A program made the position numbers and the translations under genes. The notes beneath the pieces are model-generated. The model searched no databases. It had not been told where the DNA came from and saw nothing but the letters and a program-made list of their open reading frames with translations. A DNA stretch of 12,020 nt, taken from the NCBI GenBank assembly GCA_039025725.1, contig JBCCNR010000019.1, positions 1 to 12,020 of the forward strand. The letters are read 5' to 3'. This document shows positions 1-5,725 of this stretch, in pieces; position 1 is the first letter of the stretch; every line of letters starts with the position of its first letter. Source of the DNA: Pseudomonadota bacterium (lineage in GTDB: Bacteria; Pseudomonadota; Alphaproteobacteria; JBCCNR01).

Positions 1-124
1 ACAGGGAGTTGAGGTTTCCCTGTGTAACTACGATACTGACCACTATGTATTTTTAATGCTGGAGGCTTTCTGCTAGGTTGAGTGGACAGTATCGTAGTTA
101 CACAGGGAAACCTCAACTCCCTGT
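1..124. repeat. Palindromic element with a perfect 38-bp inverted repeat (1-38 vs 87-124) around a 48-nt spacer; REPIN/MITE-like
   Basis: I checked the pairing base by base and 38/38 positions are complementary; pairing stops at 39/86 (a:a). Each arm also carries its own 7-bp sub-hairpin (1-7 acaggga / 17-23 tccctgt, mirrored at 102-108 / 118-124). The left arm starts at nt 1, so the repeat may extend beyond the window. Confidence 0.85.
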
Positions 125-131
125 AACTGGC

Positions 132-1271
132 ATGAAACGTATTGTAGTCGCTGATGAACATTTTTCGCCGCAACATATTAAAGTTCTTATGAATTTGGTA
201 AGAGCTCTCAAGGATAAAGGTTATGAGCCTACCATATTATATGAGAAACACCCCACTTGGGCTGACTACGAGCTAGAATTTGTGAAGGAAGTTTTTAACA
301 TCGAACAACCTAAATCAGTAGATTTAGAACATGTCAGCGCACTTCAGAAATTATATAAAGATGATGAAAATTTTCGAGAAGATCTTAAGAGCCTTTGTTC
401 TGCGATTCGTGCGAATCGGAATTTATCGTCTCTTATATATAGTTCAAAAGTAAATAAGACAGAGTTATTAGATGGTTTAAGAACTGTCAGAGATAAAGAG
501 ATTGCAAAGAAATTATTTGATGCTCTTTATAGTAAGATTGGTTGTGAAGCCTCAGATGTGAATGAAGAACTCATGCTTCACAAGATACTTATGCTTGAAA
601 GACGAGAGCTTGAAGGTACGTTTTTTAAAACAACGCCCACAATACCAATTGATCAAAAAAGAAGCATGGCCTTTCATTTGGCAGATGCTTTCATCGAGGA
701 TGCTTTTTTGCCCTATGGAAAACAAAGTCTCAATTGGTGGGAATATAAAATACCTCTAGCTTATTATGATGGTGACCATGAGCTACTTGAGAAATATAAT
801 CTGGTCAATTTAAAAAATGAAATAATTTTTTGTAATGGAAACTTGATAAAGTCAGACGATAAAGATAAAAAAAAGTTAGTGAACGATCTGAAATGGGCAA
901 CGTCAAGGTTGTTGCGTGATGCATTTATGTTAGAGGAAATCGCAGCCCTTTTGAGTGCGACGCATTTGCCAATTCCTTTTTTAGGTGCAAGTCATGTTAA
1001 GATGATGGCACATTATGCGAACATATTTAGTCTGGAAATATATCCTGGTTTTCATTCACCTCTTTATAATAAACTAGGCAATCGTGATATAATACCTTTG
1101 CTTCCTGATCATGTGGAGAGCTTCTGCCAAGATTACCAAGAAAAGTTAGATAAGTTAATTAATGAGCCGGAAAGTTTCACAGTTACTTCTGAAAATCCAC
1201 TTCTAACAACTTTAAGCAAAGCAGAAGTAGCTTATGGAAATATGCAAAAAAGATCAAATCATAGCGAATAG
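132..1271 (+). CDS. Hypothetical protein (orphan, no recognisable family motif), 379 aa from ATG-132
   Basis: Long uninterrupted ORF. The track starts it at TTG-78, inside the palindromic element, but I prefer the first ATG at 132 (MKRIVVADEH...). No Shine-Dalgarno is visible before 132. There is no signal peptide, TM segment or catalytic motif that I can name. It is visibly more AT-rich than its neighbours. Confidence 0.65.
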   Translation: MKRIVVADEHFSPQHIKVLMNLVRALKDKGYEPTILYEKHPTWADYELEFVKEVFNIEQPKSVDLEHVSALQKLYKDDENFREDLKSLCSAIRANRNLSSLIYSSKVNKTELLDGLRTVRDKEIAKKLFDALYSKIGCEASDVNEELMLHKILMLERRELEGTFFKTTPTIPIDQKRSMAFHLADAFIEDAFLPYGKQSLNWWEYKIPLAYYDGDHELLEKYNLVNLKNEIIFCNGNLIKSDDKDKKKLVNDLKWATSRLLRDAFMLEEIAALLSATHLPIPFLGASHVKMMAHYANIFSLEIYPGFHSPLYNKLGNRDIIPLLPDHVESFCQDYQEKLDKLINEPESFTVTSENPLLTTLSKAEVAYGNMQKRSNHSE

Positions 1272-1382
1272 ACTTCTTTACAGACACCTTACCTGGTGAT
1301 GATAACTCTGAAGCAGGCCATTACGAAATTGGTACAAATTTTGCCAAAATCATTACTGGCTTAGGGGCAGCTCTCATTAAAG

Positions 1383-1994
1383 TCAATTCGCTATATCTTT
1401 AAATCTTTGCATAATAAGCGACGCATCTTTTTCTATGCCATCAAGCGTCTTTTCTGGTTTATAGAGCGCTCCGCCAAAGCCAAAGCCATCAGCGCCGGCT
1501 GATTTAAACTCCTGCATATTGTCTGCATGGATACCACCCGTGACAAATATTTTGGTTTGTTCTGGCAGGACTGCTCTGATGGCTTTGATATATTTGGCTG
1601 ATATAGCCTCTCCGGGGAAGAGCTTAAGCGCATCTGCGCCATATTTTATAGCAGAAAAGGCCTCAGTTGGCGTAAAAACGCCGGGTATAGAGATAAGGTC
1701 GAGTTTTTTTGTGGTCTCTATAACATCTTTGTCCATATTTGGTGAGACAATAAGCCCTGCGCCTGTTTTGGCGATATCTCTAACCTGATCTGGATGGGTG
1801 ACAGTGCCGGCGCCTATGATGGCGCGATCCGCGAAATTATCCTGCAAAATTTGAATAGATTTAAGGGCTTCAGGTGAGTTCATGGGAACTTCAAGACATG
1901 TCCAGCCGCATTTTATCAATATCTCTCCGACTGCTAAAACCTCATCTGGCGTGATATGTCGTAAAATTGCAAGCAAACGAAATTTTTCTATCAT
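1383..1994 (-). CDS. dgoA: KDPG/KHG-family class I aldolase, best pattern match to 2-dehydro-3-deoxy-6-phosphogalactonate aldolase
   Basis: The 203-aa length is typical. Blocks LAILRhITPDE, EVPMNSP, IGAGTV, IVSPN, TPTEAF..GADALKLFP (Schiff-base Lys context), YIKAIRAVLP and GG..LY run colinear with E. coli DgoA/Eda as I recall them. The family call is solid; the exact substrate is not. Confidence 0.8.
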   Translation of the reverse strand: MIEKFRLLAILRHITPDEVLAVGEILIKCGWTCLEVPMNSPEALKSIQILQDNFADRAIIGAGTVTHPDQVRDIAKTGAGLIVSPNMDKDVIETTKKLDLISIPGVFTPTEAFSAIKYGADALKLFPGEAISAKYIKAIRAVLPEQTKIFVTGGIHADNMQEFKSAGADGFGFGGALYKPEKTLDGIEKDASLIMQRFKDIAN

Positions 1995-2015
1995 TCTATC
2001 AAGCCTTTATATTAA

Positions 2016-2053
2016 TACCAAAAGCAAAATAATTTTATTAAGTGCTTTTGGTA
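2016..2053. repeat. AT-rich hairpin with an 11-bp perfect stem (taccaaaagca 2016-2026 / tgcttttggta 2043-2053) and a 16-nt loop
   Basis: The arms are exact reverse complements. It lies 22 nt upstream of the dgoA-like start on the minus strand and directly abuts the GC-rich island. Confidence 0.6.
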
Positions 2054-2125
2054 GAGCGCCCGACTGGGCGCCGCGCATCGTTGCGCGCCCCCTCGGAGCC
2101 GTTGGCGTGAGCCAACTGGCGTGAG
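2054..2125. other. GC-rich structured island (three short GC hairpins plus a direct 8-mer repeat) in an AT-rich spacer; function unknown
   Basis: Hand count gives 54/72 G+C (75%). Hairpins: gcgccc-gact-gggcgc (2056-2071), cgcgca-tcgt-tgcgcg (2072-2087) and gttgg-cgtgag-ccaac (2101-2116). The 8-mer ggcgtgag is repeated at 2104-2111 and 2118-2125. Confidence 0.55.
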
Positions 2126-2188
2126 AGAAAAACCACTTTAAGTTTTTTGATATACACTAATTTTGATAGATACAATGTTAAAAATTAA

Positions 2189-2959
2189 TTAGTCGCTTGG
2201 TGTAAGACGTTTTCTGAGAATTTTTTGGCCAATTTTCTCAATGCACCAGCCCGGTAAAATACGGTAAAAGCGCATGAGATACCCAAAGGTCTTTGGAAAA
2301 ATAATCTCACGCCGATCTGTTCCAAGTTCCCTAAACAAGATGTCTGCAGCCTCCTCAGCTTCGATCATAAAAGGCATTGGAAACTCATTTTTATCCGTCA
2401 TTGCGGTACGCACAAAACCCGGATTAACAAGCTGAAGCCCGACATTATAGCGCTGTAATTCTGGCCTAAGCCCCTCTGCGAGATTTATAAGCGCCGCCTT
2501 AGTCATACAATATCCGGTGGCTGTCGGCATGCCGCGATACCCTGCCAAAGATGCGGTGAGCGCAATATGCCCCGAACGGCGTTGCATCATATCGCGCATG
2601 GCTGGGTCAAGCCCATTTATGATGCCTTTTTGGTTGGTTTGATAAATTTTATCGTAAATATTCGGGTCAAAATCCTGAATAGTCGCATGAATACTGATCC
2701 CGGCATTGAGAAAAACAATATCTGGATGTCCGATGTCATTTAGCATTTTTGCATAGACATCTCTGACCATATCAAGCTGAGTTACATCTTCTTCATAGGA
2801 CGTGATGCGTCCTGACAGGCCTTTCGCAGCTGAGACAACATCTTTAAGTTTATCCGTACGTCTTGCAGAAATCACGACATGATAGCCTTGCTGCGCGAAT
2901 TTAAGAGCCGTCGCGCGACCAATCCCCGAGCTGGCCCCTGTTATTTTGATGATTTTCAT
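2189..2959 (-). CDS. Short-chain dehydrogenase/reductase (classical SDR) family oxidoreductase
   Basis: N-terminal TGASSGIGRA (TGxxxGxG NAD(P)-binding), NAG (LNAGIS), and the catalytic YxxxK (YCMTKAAL). The 256-aa length fits. The substrate cannot be assigned from sequence. Confidence 0.85.
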   Translation of the reverse strand: MKIIKITGASSGIGRATALKFAQQGYHVVISARRTDKLKDVVSAAKGLSGRITSYEEDVTQLDMVRDVYAKMLNDIGHPDIVFLNAGISIHATIQDFDPNIYDKIYQTNQKGIINGLDPAMRDMMQRRSGHIALTASLAGYRGMPTATGYCMTKAALINLAEGLRPELQRYNVGLQLVNPGFVRTAMTDKNEFPMPFMIEAEEAADILFRELGTDRREIIFPKTFGYLMRFYRILPGWCIEKIGQKILRKRLTPSD

Positions 2960-3045
2960 AAAATTATGCTGTTAATAGCTTTCTGATATGTGTATAACTT
3001 ATATTGGTTCAATAAAGAAATATTTTGTGAAGTTTGGGGTTGATT

Positions 3046-3366
3046 GTGTCTATAATTGTTGTGAATGATGCAGAATTTGAAGAAAAAGTCTTAAAATCCG
3101 ACATGCCTGTTCTGGTAGATTTTTGGGCGGAATGGTGTGGCCCTTGTAAGGCTCTTGCGCCAACACTTGATAAAATTTCAGCCGATATGGATGGAAAGAT
3201 TATTATCGCTAAAATGAATGTGGATGATAATCAATCGACACCTGCGCAATATGGTGTGCGCGGAATTCCTATGCTGATTTTATTCAAAGATGGTAAAGTT
3301 ACATCCACCAAAGTCGGGGCTCTGCCGGAAAAAGAAATTTCTAACTGGATCAGTGAACAGGTATAA
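3046..3366 (+). CDS. trxA: Thioredoxin
   Basis: VDFWAEWCGPCK active site (WCGPC) and the GIPMLILFKDG block. The track starts at TTG-3034. GTG-3046, with gggg 6-9 nt upstream, gives a 106-aa protein of canonical length, so the start is ambiguous between 3034, 3040 and 3046. Confidence 0.9.
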   Translation: MSIIVVNDAEFEEKVLKSDMPVLVDFWAEWCGPCKALAPTLDKISADMDGKIIIAKMNVDDNQSTPAQYGVRGIPMLILFKDGKVTSTKVGALPEKEISNWISEQV

Positions 3367-3368
3367 AA

Positions 3369-3716
3369 ATGTCTGAAAGCAGTGCGACTGAAAGTGAGAT
3401 TTTATCAATTTCTGAAACTGCACAGCAGAGAATTTCTGCTTTATTATCCTCCGAAGATGCGCAATTTTTCCGTGTTGCAGTCAATGGCGGCGGATGTTCT
3501 GGGTTCCAATATGATTTTGGAGTTGCAGAAGAAAAAAAAGATGATGATCACCTTATTGCATGTGGGTCTTACCATGTGTTGGTAGATGATGTCTCTGTTG
3601 CTTTTTTAAAAGGTGCTGTGCTTGATTATGTCATCGAGCTCATTGGGGCAAGTTTTGTTATAAAAAATCCAAATGCCAAATCATCTTGTGGATGTGGTGT
3701 TTCATTCTCTGTTTAG
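3369..3716 (+). CDS. erpA: A-type iron-sulfur cluster carrier/insertion protein (HesB/IscA/ErpA family)
   Basis: GGGCSGFQY block plus the C-terminal CGCGVSF (the three conserved Cys of A-type carriers). It is 115 aa and starts 2 nt after the trxA stop. Confidence 0.85.
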   Translation: MSESSATESEILSISETAQQRISALLSSEDAQFFRVAVNGGGCSGFQYDFGVAEEKKDDDHLIACGSYHVLVDDVSVAFLKGAVLDYVIELIGASFVIKNPNAKSSCGCGVSFSV

Positions 3717-3741
3717 TTTTATAGCGATAGCTTAGCGTTAT

Positions 3742-3770
3742 CACTACAAAATAGGGACTATTTTGTAGTG
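3742..3770. promoter_or_regulatory. Perfect palindrome (13-bp arms cactacaaaatag / ctattttgtagtg, 3-nt centre gga) between erpA and xthA; operator-like site or weak terminator
   Basis: The arms are exact reverse complements. It lies 26 nt after the erpA stop and 31 nt before the xthA ATG. The stem is AT-rich with no downstream T-run, so it is not a canonical intrinsic terminator. Confidence 0.5.
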
Positions 3771-3800
3771 GGTTAATCATAAAAGAAGGGGGAGAGGTTC

Positions 3801-4577
3801 ATGAAACTTGTCACATGGAATGTCAATTCAGTGCGTGCGCGTTTTGAAAATCTACAGAATTTTTTACAAAGAGAGCAGCCCGATATTGTTTGCCTTCAAG
3901 AAATAAAATGCCAGGATCATCAATTCCCTGCTGAAGATATTGAAGATTTAGGATATAATATCGCGCTTCATGGTCAGAAAAGTTATAATGGTGTTGCTGT
4001 TTTATCGAAATATCCTCTTTCTGATGTGGAGAAGGGGCTTCCTGGTTTCGACGATGAGCAAGCACGTTTCATAACAGCAGATATATCTATACAGGATAAG
4101 ATGGTGCATATTGTGAATTGTTATATGCCCAATGGAAATCCGCGCCCGGGGCCGAAATTTGACTATAAAATCGCTTGGATGCAGGCGCTTATAAGTTACA
4201 TTCGTAATTTGCGTGATGAAGAGGTCCCTTTTATCTTATGTGGTGATTTTAATATTATCCCCAAAACGATTGATGTGCATGACCCTGCTGCGTGGGCAGA
4301 TGATGCTTTATATATGCCTGAGATAATAAATTTCTTCAATGAGCTCATTTATATGGGGCTTGTCGATACGGTAAGACATTTCAATCCGCATGATCCGGCA
4401 TATAGTTTCTGGGATTATCAAGGCCGAGCGAGAGAGAAAAATCATGGTATCCGCATTGATCATATTCTACCGTCGCCGGAGGTTATTGGTTATGTGCAGA
4501 AAGCATATATTATTGACTCAGAGCGCGATACAGCCAAAGCATCTGATCATGCACCTGTTGCATTAGAAGCATTCTAA
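3801..4577 (+). CDS. xthA: Exodeoxyribonuclease III (AP endonuclease, EEP superfamily)
   Basis: TWNVNS, DIVCLQEIK, LCGDFN, IRIDHIL and SDHAP motifs. It is 258 aa, with a strong SD (gggggagagg, 3788-3797) before ATG-3801. Confidence 0.92.
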   Translation: MKLVTWNVNSVRARFENLQNFLQREQPDIVCLQEIKCQDHQFPAEDIEDLGYNIALHGQKSYNGVAVLSKYPLSDVEKGLPGFDDEQARFITADISIQDKMVHIVNCYMPNGNPRPGPKFDYKIAWMQALISYIRNLRDEEVPFILCGDFNIIPKTIDVHDPAAWADDALYMPEIINFFNELIYMGLVDTVRHFNPHDPAYSFWDYQGRAREKNHGIRIDHILPSPEVIGYVQKAYIIDSERDTAKASDHAPVALEAF

Positions 4578-5130
4578 TAGGGATTGTGCTCCATGATTCT
4601 TAAAATCAGGATATAAAAAAACCCAAAAAACGGTCGCTAAGCGGTCCCTGAGCTTGTCGAAGGGCGAAGCGTAAGTTTTTCTTAAATTGTTTGTGTGTTT
4701 TATTTCTTTTAGCGCCCTTCGACAAGCTCAGGGTCCGCTCAAGGCTCCAAAGCGACCAACCTTGAAAATTTAGTTTCAGTAATTATGTATAACTCTAATA
4801 GAGATTGTGCTCCATAATTCTTAAAATCAGGATATAATCAGGATATAAAGAAACCCAAAAAACGTTCGCTGAGCCTGTCGAAGCGTAAGTTTTTTAAAAT
4901 TGTTTCAGTGTTTTCTCGCCTCTTACACCCTTCGCACCCTTCGACAAGCTCAGGGACCGCTCAAGTTTCTAAAACGACCAACCTTGAAAATTTTAGTTGT
5001 CGAAGCGTAAGTTTTTCTTAGATTGTTTCTGTGTTTTATTGCTTTTCGCGCCCTTCGCACCCTTCGACAAGCTCAGGGACCGCTCAAGTTTCTAAAACGA
5101 CCAACCTTGAAAATTTAGTTTCAGTAATTA
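4573..5130. repeat. Nested tandem repeat array: unit A 4573-4793, unit B 4794-4998, 5'-truncated unit C 4999-5130
   Basis: A and B align from tctaatagRgattgtgctcc onward with a period of 221 bp. B and C have a period of 123 bp and share a 66-nt identical block (4928-4993 = 5051-5116). The tail tttagtttcagtaatta is shared by A (4769-4785) and C (5114-5130). Confidence 0.9.
4632..4757. repeat. Intact palindromic core of unit A: outer 7-bp stem, inner 27-bp stem with one T:T mismatch, 46-nt T-rich loop
   Basis: Outer stem ggtcgct (4632-4638) / agcgacc (4751-4757). Inner stem 4640-4666 / 4713-4739, mismatched only at 4645:4734. The arms read V-PELVEG-R on one strand and PFDKLR on the other. Confidence 0.85.
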
Positions 5131-5151
5131 CGCTGCACTAGTTAGCTCTAA

Positions 5152-5676
5152 CTATTTCGCTGTGATAACGCCACAGGCAATGCGACCACCTGATCCGCCA
5201 ATAGGCTGCGATATATGGTCATCTGGTTCAGCATGAAGAATAAGCGTTGATCCGTCAGCATCAAGGAGAGCATTTTCACCGTCATCTAATGTGACCAGAT
5301 GTGTAAAGAGTTCAATCTCCGCAGCGCCATCTTGCCTCACAATTAAATTTGGCAAATTTCCGGCATGTGGGCCATCTGGATTAAGAAGTCCATGCGGCTT
5401 TTGATCTGGCATAATATGGCCCTTGGCGGATTTAAAATGCTCAGTATCCTCACAGGTGCCTTTATTATGGAAATGCATACCATGCTTTCCGGCAGGCAGC
5501 CCCTTCACTGAGATATTCAGCAGAACTCCGCCACTGCCCTGAGTGTAAAGCACTGTCCCGATCGTTTCGCCCCTATTATTGATCAAAATACTTTCTGCCT
5601 GATCGCCTATTTCAGCTGCATGTGCGACGCTTGCTAAACCCACAGATAAAGCAAATATTTTAGAAAATATATTCAT
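5152..5676 (-). CDS. sodC: Periplasmic Cu,Zn superoxide dismutase
   Basis: N-terminal signal peptide (MNIFSKIFALSVGLASVAHA|AE), metal-ligand blocks GMHFHNKGTCE and PHAGNLPN, and the C-terminal GGSGGRIACGVI. SD gggaga precedes the ATG. Confidence 0.9.
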   Translation of the reverse strand: MNIFSKIFALSVGLASVAHAAEIGDQAESILINNRGETIGTVLYTQGSGGVLLNISVKGLPAGKHGMHFHNKGTCEDTEHFKSAKGHIMPDQKPHGLLNPDGPHAGNLPNLIVRQDGAAEIELFTHLVTLDDGENALLDADGSTLILHAEPDDHISQPIGGSGGRIACGVITAK

Positions 5677-5725
5677 TTTCTTCTCCCTGCAATCACTACG
5701 AAAACATTATCCTACTTCTAAAGCA

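Noticed and set aside
1-124. Hairpin telomere or protelomerase target, or an invertible promoter switch.
   Set aside because: Telomere resolution sites are continuous dyads without a 48-nt spacer. A 48-bp invertible segment is shorter than the recombinase-driven inversions I know of, and no recombinase gene is adjacent.
78-131. TTG-78 start proposed by the ORF track for the first CDS (N-terminus MSGQYRSYTGKPQLPVTG).
   Set aside because: These 18 codons are encoded by the spacer and right arm of the perfect inverted repeat, so the open frame is most simply a by-product of the repeat. ATG-132 gives a normal-looking N-terminus. It is not fully excluded, because GGAGG lies 12 nt upstream of the TTG.
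562-759. 65-aa ORF nested in another frame of the orphan CDS.
   Set aside because: It lies entirely inside a much longer ORF on the same strand and has a low-complexity, Cys/Leu-rich composition. This is a typical shadow ORF.
1265-1402. A 45-codon stop-free frame across the ORF1/aldolase spacer (...TLPGDDNSEAGHYEIGTNFAKIITGLGAALIKVNSLYL*).
   Set aside because: It has no ATG, GTG or TTG start, is very short, and overlaps the aldolase 3' end. At most it is a gene relic, and I cannot support it as a feature.
1433-2124. ORFs 1433-1642(-), 1519-1788(+) and 1882-2124(+).
   Set aside because: All overlap the well-supported aldolase CDS in alternate or antisense frames. The last one extends only through the GC-rich island, which gives it an Ala/Arg/Pro/Gly-rich artefactual tail.
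2049-2125. Possible tRNA or tRNA fragment, suggested by ttggtagagcgc (D-arm-like) followed by a GC stem.
   Set aside because: The stem after it has a 4-nt loop, not the 7-nt anticodon loop. No T-arm (GTTCRANYC), acceptor pairing or CCA context can be drawn on either strand.
3382-4065. ORFs 3382-3585(+) and 3823-4065(-).
   Set aside because: They are alternate-frame or antisense shadows inside erpA and xthA, both of which have strong family motifs.
4573-5130. CRISPR array or integron attC sites as an explanation for the repeats.
   Set aside because: The units are 123-221 bp, contiguous and homologous along their whole length, so there is no short-repeat/unique-spacer alternation. There are no cas or intI genes. 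I could not find the attC core/inverse-core motifs (GTTRRRY / RYYYAAC) at the palindrome boundaries.
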